Assembly (NCBI RefSeq): GCF_040938485.1
Contig: NW_027271046.1
Span: forward strand, 496,001 to 560,000
Direction of reading: 5' to 3'
Length of the DNA: 64,000 nucleotides
From: Diadema antillarum
Taxonomy: Eukaryota
The notes under the pieces were generated by a model. The model saw nothing but the letters and a program-made list of their open reading frames with translations. It made no database searches and was not told where the DNA came from. The translations under genes and the position numbers were made by a program. Of this stretch, positions 50,953 to 62,275 are shown piece by piece. Position 1 is the stretch's first letter. The number at the start of each line of letters is the position of its first letter.

Positions 50953-52147
50953 TGGTGGTTGGCTGCCATTGGAGGGAAAATCATTCAGTGATGTCAATTA
51001 CGGCAATAATGTGAAGAAACTAATGAAACTACTCATTCACACAAATTTACATCAAAAGAATTACTTGTAAATGTAACACAAACTTTAGAAGTGACATTGA
51101 TGTAATACATTGATCAGCATTTCAAGCAGTTTTAGATTTCAATTTATTATTAGAAGGCATGCACTTTATTGATGCACTTTCTTGATGCATAACAGAGTTA
51201 CTGCACGCCCACTTTCATCACCAATTTGTCTGCATTTTATGAGTAGAGTGTAGGTATAAAGAAACACTTTATCCATCATACTATGATTTTACCTCATATT
51301 TTGTATTGTAATATTTTTCTTTGGGAAATTGTGCCATTTACTTCCATGTCCTTTAAAAACATGCACACAGCCCATATTTAAACGGTTTATATTACTGACA
51401 GTGTATATTAAAAAATTTGCTGTCTGCATTCTTATGTACTTGTATCTTCATATCTTGTCTAAATTTCTTGCCAACTGCTTCACCCATTACTCATGTTAGA
51501 AATATATACAATACTTGGCAATTTCACAACTTTTTTCTGCTTTATATGATTATTTTTATCAAATTATTATTATGTATAAGGATTAACACATTACATTAAT
51601 TTGCCTAGTTGTTCTGCCTTTTGCTAGTTTTGTCCTTTGTAGTGTCTTCTGTTTAAGTCTTTGTGATGTGTGTTTGGTCTTGTCCATGTTTAAATGAATA
51701 TTATTATTTCTTGGGGATTAAAATTGAAAGCTGGTCTAAGCCTACACTGTATGTTGTACTTGATTCCTCCACTCCTCTCAAAATAAAGCTTATGTTTTGT
51801 ACATTTAACACTAAATCATTTGTTACTGGCAGAAGTGCATATTTTAGTGTATGAGATGATATCGCATTCCACTTCACTTGATTAATTCCAAACATTACAG
51901 GTACAGTACAATTTTTCCACCATTTATGGCATCTTCGCTTTGCAAGAAGGAGAATTAGGTTTTCACATACATATAAAATGGGTATCGCCACAGACGACGC
52001 ATACACTTCATTTTACATGCAATTTTGTGCATGGACAAAATGAACTTAGGTGATTGGTCAACCGTGAAATGTAAACGAACATGGCTACCTCTAGTCGCGG
52101 AGAGAGCATAGTTGTAAACACACATCAACCCAGATTTAATCTTATAA

Positions 52148-53035
52148 TGGAGGAGGAACTGCAGGAGATCATTAACTTTACTGACAGTTTAAATACCAAG
52201 AAGCAAATCGAATACAGGCTCTCTGTATTTTTTAGACTTTTGCCAGCAGTTTAAGACCAACTTTGAAAACATCAAGAACTATGAGTTGGATGAACTGTCC
52301 CAAGTCTATGCGGGTGCAAGAAACAAGAAAGGAGAATACTAATCAGCAAGGTCGATGTATTCCATTCGCTTGGCATTGCAGCGCCACTTTCTGGTTTCCT
52401 GCAATGTCGACTTCATCATAGCAGAAGAATTTTCTCTAAACAAGGCACTCAAGGCATTGTTAAGGAAGTTGAAAGAGTGTGGAAAAGAAAGTATGAAGCA
52501 TCACCCTCCAATCACTGCAGATGAAATGAAACTCATTAATTGACAAGTTTATATCTGAGTACAGTGAAAAGGCTGCAAGATAAAACGTTTCTGGATATAA
52601 TGCTTCATTTTGCTAATAAAAGACTGGAAACTTTGCATGCTATGAAGCCAGAAGATTTCATTTCACACCAGGAAGAAGATAGAGAATTTTTCACTCTTGA
52701 AGACATGAACACAGCAAACCATCAGAATGATGATGATGACCAGTGCTAAACAGGACAAATGCACTCATACTTATAGCCAAAAAATCCTTAAAGCCAAGTC
52801 ACCAACCTCAAAAGGTATTTGTCAAAACCAAACCCCGAATGTTTCTGGGTGGCATGGCACAGGCCAAAAGAAATGATCAGTGACAAAGAAGTGGTGTACC
52901 TAACTATACTCAGCCCAGTCGCTGTACGTAGATACGTAGCACAGCGTAGTAACAGCGTCTGGTCGGGCTATGGTGTACCGTGGTAAGGAAATGCACCACT
53001 GGGCAAAAACACAATGGGAACAATGACTAAACAAA
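52148..53035 (+). pseudogene. Decayed Crypton-type tyrosine recombinase (DUF3504/KCTD1-like) fragment
   Basis: Broken frames: EEELQEIINFTDSLNTKKQIEY; ELSQVYAGARNKKGEY*SARSMYSIRLALQRHF; LRKLKECGKESMKHHPPIT; LQDKTFLDIMLHFANKRLETL; W*GNAPLGKNTMGTMTKQ. The motif order matches Crypton/DUF3504 proteins. Stops and frameshifts present; catalytic C-terminus not seen. Confidence 0.78.
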
Positions 53036-53109
53036 ATAAACCACAATCCCCTACTGTTCAAGAGAGCGGTACCAACATGCAATCACCAGGCATCAAGACT
53101 TCACCCCTG

Positions 53110-53387
53110 TGTAGTGAAATAACATATGATTATATAGGTAGGGCACTCATATCCACACATACAGGTGCACATATGTGCCCGTATATGTATTGTCTGAACG
53201 ACACAGACCAGCAAGCGTGAGATGTCGTGGACCGGAGACCGAGCTTGAACCAGGAGAGAGAAGCTATTCTGGACGAAACCACCTCGACGCACTGTTTGTC
53301 TCCTATACCGAGATACAGTGACCGGGCAAGGCACTCTCCACTGACGGGAAGCGCACCAGGTGAGTAGACACTTCGGCCATTACAACA
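53110..53387. mobile_element. Solo LTR (Gypsy-like by TSD length)
   Basis: 278 bp starting TGTAGT and ending ACAACA, flanked by the 4-bp direct repeat CCTG (53106-53109, 53388-53391). Confidence 0.7.
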
Positions 53388-53430
53388 CCTGCTATTGAAG
53401 TCACCTCATCAAACTTTCAACCACTACCAG

Positions 53431-53597
53431 GGCCCCATTTCATAAAAGATGTTAGGATAGCAACTTTTAGTAGAATGACAACTACCAATGGCAATAGCAA
53501 CAGCTAATCCAACAGCTGGATTATTGTCATTACCATGACAGCAAATTGTCATTCCAGCAAGAGTTGCAATCATATCAACTTTTTATGAAATGGGGCC
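53431..53597. mobile_element. Harbinger-like MITE
   Basis: TIR GGCCCCATTTCATAAAA with 3-bp TSD CAG. Confidence 0.75.
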
Positions 53598-54111
53598 CAG
53601 AACCTCCCAGTCTCACACCTCACGTCAGTGCAGTGCAGGGCAGACTCGACTCACCTCAGCTCAGCTCAGGCCTGGCCTAAATAGGTAAAAATAAAAATAT
53701 TATCGTCTAGCAACTGTTATCTATTGACAGTATTATACAGGTAGGCCTAATGTAGTACAATGCATCGGTATATTCTATGGTGTAATGTAGCTAGGATGTA
53801 CTACTTGATGCGGGTGCCGATGTGGTTAAAATCCATAACTCAAAAGATCAGCAAGGCTACGCTACCTGCCTGGCGCTGGAGTAGTAGCGAGCGCGAGGTT
53901 AAAATACTACCAAGAGCTCCCTATCCCTCCTGTACAAAGTCAAAGTATCCGTACGCAAGTACATGTAGTAAGCTCAGTCAAGAGGCATTTGAGCACGACC
54001 GATCAAAATAATAGTGACATAGAATTTACACTCATAATTCACTCTTCAACCCAAGAACCAATGTCAAACAATCTTAGAAAAATTCTAGTTTGATACATGA
54101 TACAAACTTAC

Positions 54112-54200
54112 CAGAGCGCTCGACTTTGTTGCAGAAAATCAGCAAAACATATGAGAGTTTGCCTTTTCAAAATCCACCTTTCGCGCGAGATTGTCTGCTA
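54112..54200 (-). other. Probable non-coding first exon of STAG
   Basis: Canonical donor CTG|gtaagt at 54111 in a CpG-containing patch upstream of the ATG exon, which has its own acceptor at 50962. The 5' boundary is approximate. Confidence 0.45.
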
Positions 54201-54559
54201 CACAAGCTTTGTCGTGGAGTGGTGTATGAACTGGATTTAGTGTAACATCTAATAATAAACAGCGCAAAGATGTGGATAAAAAAGGATACCATTCTTCTAT
54301 TTATTAGTGGTGTTTGCTGCCCTCAACGTTGGCCAAAATACCACGCGAGGGAGAGAGAGAGGGGGAGAGGGAAATAAAAATACGACTGTACTAAAAGCAG
54401 TGTAACAAAAGTGCATGTATGTCGACAGTGTAAAAGCAAATACAAGTAAAGCAATACGTGTACTTCTACTACTTCAACTGTACACTGCATACTACATCAT
54501 GTACTAATAAAGGTTTCGATAATCATGATGACAATGATGACAATAATAATAATAATAGT

Positions 54560-54782
54560 NNNNNNNNNNNNNNNNNNNNNNNNNNNNNNNNNNNNNNNNN
54601 NNNNNNNNNNNNNNNNNNNNNNNNNNNNNNNNNNNNNNNNNNNNNNNNNNNNNNNNNNNNNNNNNNNNNNNNNNNNNNNNNNNNNNNNNNNNNNNNNNNN
54701 NNNNNNNNNNNNNNNNNNNNNNNNNNNNNNNNNNNNNNNNNNNNNNNNNNNNNNNNNNNNNNNNNNNNNNNNNNNNNNNNNN
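54560..54782. other. Assembly gap
   Basis: Run of N. Confidence 1.
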
Positions 54783-55040
54783 GTTTAGTTATAAAATATA
54801 CAAGATAATATTTTACAGCTTTCAGTCGAGTTTGTTTCGATGTATTTTAAAGAAAGAAGAGAGAGAAAATTTTGTTTCATATTTCTCAAAATAAACAATA
54901 CCTTTTAATGGTAACACAACAGACATAAAATGGACAAGACACATCTTATTAAAATACACAGGGAAAAATAGGTCTACATTAACGGTCGTGCGGATAAGTA
55001 CTACAGATTTTAAAAAAAAGAAAGAAAAAGGGTGGACCTA

Positions 55041-55105
55041 GAGAGAGAGAGAGAGAGAGAGAGAGAGTAACATGGCGGATACCTAGGCCTACACGAAAAG
55101 TAAGT
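55041..55105 (+). promoter_or_regulatory. (GA)n tract, YY1-like motif AACATGGCGG and splice donor: possible first exon of a divergent transcript
   Basis: gagaga tract, then taacATGGCGGATACCTAG (ATG at 55072, 4-codon ORF MADT*), then AA|gtaagt donor at 55100. Confidence 0.4.
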
Positions 55106-56399
55106 TCAAGTCTGCAGGAATTGCAGATTCCCCGGGAAATATGAGTTTTAGCATTGCGGAGGTTGAAAATGATTGAAACTGACCAAAATGAGCATTCATA
55201 TCAAAAAGAAGAAAAAAAAGAAAAAAAAGGAGAACTTCAGTAATTTCCGTATTAAGGCACAACCACGATGATGAAATAATTAAGTCATTTACACAGCAAT
55301 ATGTGATATGATATGCGTACAGTACGTACAAACATAATAGTACAGCAAGTCAAAAGGACAAATTAATTGTTAAGCTGAGTGCACGATCATCGATTTTATT
55401 TGATACTTGCACTAAAACACCTCACTAATCACCCCAAAAAGTGATGTTAACTTACGTCTGAACGCACAAAGCGATGCACTCTGAATCAAGAGTTGCACTC
55501 TGAATCATCTCTAACAATAGGGTCAAAATAACTGTCTAGATACGGTAAACATCAGGGCCGGTGCAACTGGGGGGAGGGGGCTCGGTCCCTAACTTTTTTT
55601 TTTGCACTAGAAAAATGTGGTTAAGATTTTGTTTTGTTTTGTTTTGTTTTTGCATGTCAGGTGATGAAACCCGGAAGTGGCACCACAAATAAAATCGATG
55701 TCCCTCGGATCATCATCACCATCATCACCATCTGTATAAAAGTAGGAGAGAAAAGGTATAGATAGCTCTGTGGGTCTCCTGTCGAATCAACTGCGATTCG
55801 GAAGGTTTTCTACAACTAGAAGTGTGTTGTGCGTGGTGGATCTGAGACGAAAATAAAGTGTTCACGAGCCCCAAATAATGCAGATCATTTTTTAATGGTT
55901 AAACAGCCAAGCAGTGACTAAAAACTCTGGTAGACCATTCCAAGCGTGTTTAGGCCCCACATTTAAGGTTCGTTTGCTGAAAGATAATGCTTTTGAGATA
56001 TCATATAGCTTGCAAGGTATAAGTACATTGAAGAGTTTCGTGGGATGACCCTGGGTATATGTGTGCTGATACTCCGTTTTCTTTAAAAAATATGCTCCGG
56101 GTTTATTTTGTCTATTCCATGTGTAAGACCTTGTACATCTGAATCACATATATTGCCTCCTTCACGAGTAGCGAGAAACAAGTTCAGTTGCCGTTCAAAA
56201 TCCGTCTGAATATTACCAGCTATAGGGATCATCTTTGTTTCACTATACGCTGAACAGCCTCAATATTACGGATTATCGTCATAATAGTTACACAAATCTG
56301 GAACTCCATGAAATACTTCATTATTCAAAACAAAGACGTACCGGCGTTTTGTACAGTGGTTATCAAATACATAAGAATCGTTTTATCAATTGGTCCTAC

Positions 56400-56775
56400 T
56401 AATTGACGCAAACTAATGCAAACTAATGCAACCTGATGCAAACTGACGCAAACTAATGCAAACCCAAAGCAAACTCAATGCAAACTACTAATTACACAAC
56501 GCTATCCTAGGGTCTATCCTATGTGAAAACCAAGTAATATCGATAACAAATATCGGAAAATGACACCCCGAAATACTAATTAATGCAAACTCAACGCAAA
56601 CTGCAAGACACAACGCTATCCTATGAGAAAACCACATAAATCGATTCTAAATTTCGGAAAATGACACCCCGAAATACTAGCGAAATTAATGCAAACTCCA
56701 AGACCCAACGTCATCCTATGTGAAACTGACCTAAATCGATTACAAACATCAGAAAATAACACCCCAAAATATAAA
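56400..56775. repeat. Composite minisatellite: AACTAATGCA units plus three roughly 100-bp units
   Basis: Recurring caacgctatcctatg(t/a)gaaaac...ggaaaatgacaccccgaaatacta three times. Confidence 0.8.
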
Positions 56776-57176
56776 ACAACATTATTGACAACCTAGGTCT
56801 CACGGAAAGTAGGAACAATTAAGCATCAAAACTCACTCTAGCAGAAGCAAAAGTACCATTAGTTAGCGGCAGATTAAATCAGGCTCTACATTGATTTAAA
56901 AGGAAGAGTGGCGCATAGATGTAGAAGAAATTTTAATCCCCAATGTTTGCACTATCGAATTTTCAACCAGGAGCTTCATTCTAAGAAATACCTCAAGCAC
57001 TTGAATGTATAACGCAAGGAAATTTTCATGCAAATTCCGTTGTGCTAATCACAAATCCCAACTGTTTCTGGAAGATATAATCAATTCACTTCAATCCAAT
57101 TCAATTCATTTTAATCGTTCAATAATAATAAAAAAATTACAGGAAATTCAGTGCGGGATTTTAACATATATAAATA

Positions 57177-57315
57177 NNNNNNNNNNNNNNNNNNNNNNNN
57201 NNNNNNNNNNNNNNNNNNNNNNNNNNNNNNNNNNNNNNNNNNNNNNNNNNNNNNNNNNNNNNNNNNNNNNNNNNNNNNNNNNNNNNNNNNNNNNNNNNNN
57301 NNNNNNNNNNNNNNN
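57177..57315. other. Assembly gap
   Basis: Run of N. Confidence 1.
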
Positions 57316-57888
57316 ATAGTGAATGGTCACGAGTGCAATGGTACGAGATTTCGCACGAGGTGAAAGATAGAGGCGCTCTATTCAACGAGGCGAAGCCGAG
57401 TTCACCGAGTGCGAAATCTCGTTCCATTGCACGAGTAAAGACCATACACTATTTGATTTATACAACGTCCAAGTAGATCTTTTTGGTCTAAGTAGGCCTA
57501 GAAGTCTATGTATGTATGAAAAATATAGCCATACTTACATGTGGATCCACTGCGATTCTCTTTCTGGCTTGTGCAGTCAGGGCGTTTAGATACAGGTCAC
57601 AGCCTAGCGCTCATACACGTACACTACCACTACGAAGGCCTACGTACGCGCATGCATGTACCGCACACGTACACTGCGCTAGCTGCATGCGATCCTCAAT
57701 ATGCAACACACAGTACACGCAGTACCGTACACTTTCTCGAACCGTGGAATAGAACGAAAAAATCGAACCAAGTTGCACGCAAAAATAGAACCAAAATTGC
57801 ACGGCGCACTGAATGGAGTACTTATTGAATATCACGTGACCAACAATCCTCCAATCAAATTACAAGGATCTACTTGGACGTTGTATAA
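57316..57888. mobile_element. Non-autonomous palindromic element (possibly Crypton-related)
   Basis: Imperfect hairpin of about 137 bp (57316-57452) around GAGGCGAAGCCGAG, plus perfect 22-bp inverted repeat TTATACAACGTCCAAGTAGATC at 57458-57479 and 57867-57888. The left end abuts an N gap. Confidence 0.6.
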
Positions 57889-58632
57889 TACATGATAAAT
57901 AATAAATAACTGAACATGCATGCAAAGTCAAACTGAAAAGAACAATCGTATAAAAACGCGGCATAAAACCGACTCAATTGGCATGATGGTAAAAACTGCA
58001 GAAACCTTCCCTGTTGCTACGTTCCCAGTCTCAACCCCCCCCCCCACCATGTCAACCAGCGATAAACTGAAACAACTCAAACCAACTCGCCCTAAAAGAT
58101 GACACAATAAGCAAATTAACACATACGAGAACAATATCAGTGATTACATCATCATCTACATTTCTTTCTACATTCCACCATTGTATTGCACATAATCACT
58201 TTACAATACAATTAACGGTAGAGAAAAGAAAGAAAAATAAGAATGGAAAAGGAAGCGGGGGTATAACAGCTCATAAATAACATAATCTATATTATACATC
58301 AGCAGCTAGCTATTACATCATAAATCCAAAAACTGTAAAATCCCAAGATGGTGATCCCAGGTAAAGATGACAATGACCCGTCTGTGGCAATGACTGTAAA
58401 AATGGCAATGATTGGATGATGAAGCTGATAATGAAGGTAGCGATAATGTCGTTGAGATGATAATGATGGTGATTAGAAAACAAGCAAACATGGGATCTTC
58501 AGTGCAGTTTCACTGTTTTACAATACCGCCCCAACCCGACAATTATTTTCCAAACCATAAATCACCACAAATTTGTCCCCTATCACAATTCATCCATTTG
58601 AAAGCCCAAGACTCCACCAAAAGACCCGCTCA

Positions 58633-59290
58633 TCACAAAAAACAATCCCAACACACTCCTGCTGGTGATCGTGCGTCATCGTGATCGTCGTCGACGTTGT
58701 CGTTGTCGACGTTGTCGTCGTCATCGTGATTGTCAACGATGGCGTAATCGTGATCGTCATTATCGGCGTCACTGCCACTATTGCCTTTGTGATCGCCAAC
58801 GACGTTGTCATCTTCGTAAGCACTATCCATATTGACCTCGTTTTCATCTTCATAATCATCGTCGTTATCGATGTCTACATCATCATTATTGTCTTCATGG
58901 TCATTGACGTCGTCTTCGTGATTATCGACATCGTCATTGTCATCACTATTATCACCTTCGTGATCATTATCGTCATCGACATCGCCTTCGTGGTCGGCAT
59001 CGACATCATCATCTTTGTAATCGTCATCGTCATCGACATCGTCTTTGTGGTCGACATCGACATCGTCTTCATAATCATCATCATTGTGGTCGACATCGAC
59101 ATCGTCTTCATAATCATCATCTTTGTGGTCGACATCGACATCATCATCTTTGTAATCATCATCGTCATCAACGTTGTCTTCATCATCTTTGTGATCTTCG
59201 CCATCATCGTCATCATCGTCGTCATCGTCGTCATTGTGATCATCATCATACATATCATCCTCATTGGCGTCATCGTGATCATCATTGTCG
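58633..59290 (-). repeat. Degenerate GAY trinucleotide tract with an open Asp-rich frame (206 aa)
   Basis: ORF 58633-59253 is dominated by D/N/H/V with repeated DVDVDHKDDDYED-like units; no homology recognised. Confidence 0.75.
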
Positions 59291-60478
59291 TTATGTCTTA
59301 TATTTCAATGATGGGAGTATACCCTGCATTACCACTTGCCCTCAAACTAGAGAAATTGACCTAAAAGAGTCAGCTACTTCAGATACCATATTATGTAATA
59401 TATTTCGATGTGCTTTTATTTTCTCAATAATTCACAAAAGTCAACCCTGTAGCAAAAATGTTGCCTTCTTTAACACATTGAAATGCACTGTATATTGTGT
59501 GAAAGCTAAAATATTGTTTCCTTCCATTTTGAAAGAGATGCATGGGCCTCACCAGGGGGGGAGGGTGCGTTGGGTGCGAACGAACCCCCCTTCAGATCCT
59601 TAAAAAAAAAAAAACTTCAGTCTGCAAGCGACCTCAACGCCGGACGCTAAATAATTATTCTTTTCTATTTTGTTTTTAATTTTGCACCAGGGACATTAAA
59701 AAAAAAAATCGTGGGCAAAAACAATTCGCACCCCTAGTTCTGGCAGCACTGTACCGTACGGTACGGAACACGTACACGTTTGCATGTACGTGTGCTACTT
59801 ACAAGTATGTAGGGTCTATGTAGGTTACTTCTGACCAATCCATATTGCCAGCCCAAGAGCGAGCCCTAAATTAGCCTCATAAAAAAAAAGAATCCGCGAT
59901 GCAGTGACATACTGCGAGCATGCATTGCCAAACGCAAGAAAAAAGCATGCCAAACGCAAAAAAAAAAAGAATGGAGGGGCAAGCATATCATTTTGCCCCC
60001 CCCCCCCTCCATAATTCCAGAGACGAGAAGATTTTCTTACCTTTTATTTGACAGAAAAAAAAGTTGCCCCCATAAAAATATTGGAGGGGCAAGCATAATT
60101 ATTATAATTTCGCCCCCCCCATAATTAATAATTCCCGAAATGAGAAGATTTTCTTGCTTTTGAAAGAAAAAAAATGTTGCCCCCATAAGAAATATTGGAA
60201 GGCAATTGCACCATTTGCCCCACCCCACATGCTCATAATTCCCGCGATGAAAAGATTTTCTTGCTTTTTTGTTAGAAATCTGTCCAATTATTTCACCCAA
60301 ATGCAGTGGCGTAACTACGGGGGGGGGGGGGAGGGGGGAGAGGGGGGGGGGGTAAGAAAATCATCTAAGGTAAGAAAATCTTCTATGATTTCTTTTAACC
60401 ATGAAATAGGTGTACAATGTGAAACATTGTTCAAAAAGCCCGGAGCCGACAAAAGATTGTGATTCAGCGTGATTCCTG

Positions 60479-60674
60479 GGGCCCGTTGCATAAAACTCCA
60501 ACCAGATTTTTTTTTTCCGGTTGAAAATCACAAAATTCCGGTTGGAAGCTCCCAACCAGAGTTTTTATGCAACGGATTTTACATTCTTAGGTTAGCAACC
60601 TTAAAAAATTCAGGTTGGGCAAATCCCAACCTGAATTTTCTAAGGTTGCTAAAAAAGTTTTATGCAATGGGACC
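60479..60674. mobile_element. Harbinger-like MITE
   Basis: TIR GGGCCCGTTGCATAAAA / TTTTATGCAATGGGACC with 3-bp TSD CTG. Confidence 0.7.
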
Positions 60675-61082
60675 CTGGTTGGCATCCTGCATAAAAGCAG
60701 TATGTGCGCAGTGTGTACTCAGAATATCCGAACGGCAAAAAAGAGTCGCTACAATGTTGCACAATGTGATGTAGAATTTACACCTTTGTACCTTACGCTT
60801 CGTTATATCAAAGCTAGATCATTGATTTTGCAGTGTTGCTTTACATATATACTATAGTCTATATAAAAATGTCTTGCATTGCCAATAAAAAGACTTGACC
60901 TTTATGGGCTAATTCCTAACTTTTCCATGTATATAATACACACACACAAACAAACACTCACAATTAGGGGATGCTCTAAAGTGCAGATTTTGGACATCCT
61001 TCCCCCGCTTGGTCACTTCGACGCCACCTCGCTGGTTATACCTCCCCCAGTCATGAACATAAACCGACACCCTTGACTACGA

Positions 61083-62275
61083 GTGGCGGATCCAGGGGGG
61101 GGGGGGGTGCACCGGGCGTCCCCCCCCCCCCCCTCACAATTTCCAAAGCGAAAAAACATAGCTTCAAATGGCAGTTTTTGTCCGCTCGCTCGCATTTAGT
61201 CGTATAATGCCATTGAAGTTGCTGCCAGTAATTGCCGGCAGTTGCACCCGGTGCGCCCCCCCCCCCCTCAATTTCCAAAGCAAAAAAATATAACTACAAA
61301 CGGCAGTTTGGGGACTGTAAAATAACACAATTTTCAAGCTCGCTCGCTACCGCTCTTGCATTTAAATTCTCCTGATATTGCTGCCAGTAATTGCCAGCAG
61401 TTGTGCCCGGTGCGCCCCCCCCCCCCTTAATTTCGAAAGCAAAAAAAGACAAAGCTTCAAACGGCAGTTTTTGGACTGTAAAATCTCAAAATTTTCGAGC
61501 TCGCTCGCATTTAAAATCTTTATGCAATTCTTCTGATGTTACTGGCAGTAATTGTCAGCAGTTGCGCCCGGTGCGCCCCCCCCCCCCTTAATTTCCAAAG
61601 CGAAAAAATATAGCTACAAACGGCATTTTTTTTTTACGGAAAATGTCAAAATTTTCAAGCTCGCTCTCTTCGCTCGCTCGCATTTAATCGTTATGCAATT
61701 CACCTGATGTTGCTGCCAGTAATTGCCAGCAGTTCCGCCCGGTGCGCCCCCCCCCCCTTAATTTCCAAAGCGAAAAAATATGGCTAAGAACGGCAGTTTT
61801 TGGACTGTGAAATGTAAGATTTTCAAGCTCGCTCGCTCGCATTAATAATAATCGTTATGCTCTCCTGATATTGCTGCCAGTAATTGCCAGCAGTTGCGGT
61901 CGATGCGCCCCCCCCCCCCTTAAATTCCAAAGCGAAAATATATAGCTAAAAACGGCAGTTTTTTTTTACTGTGATGTGTCAAAATTTTCCAGCTCGCTCG
62001 CTATACGCTCGCTCGCATTTAATTGTTTTGCCATTCTCCTGATGTTGCTGCCAGTTATTGCCGGCAGTTGCGCCCGGTGCGCCCCCCTTTATTTCCAAAG
62101 CGAAAAAAATATGTCTGCAAATGGCAGTTTTGGGACTAAATGTCAAACTTTTCAAGCTCGCTCTCTTCGCTCGCTCGCATTTAATTGTTATGCCATTCAC
62201 CCGATGTTGCTGCCAGTAATTACCAGCAGTTGCACCCGGTGCGCCCCCCCCCCCTTAATTTCCAAAGCAAAAAGA
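61083..62275 (+). repeat. Tandem array of 160-170-bp units behind a hAT-MITE-like end
   Basis: GTGCGCCCCC anchors at about 61251, 61410, 61571, 61742, 61903, 62077, 62239, preceded by GTGGCGGATCCAGGGGG. Confidence 0.85.

Noticed and set aside
54458-57445. ORFs containing X runs
   Set aside because: Artefacts of N gaps.
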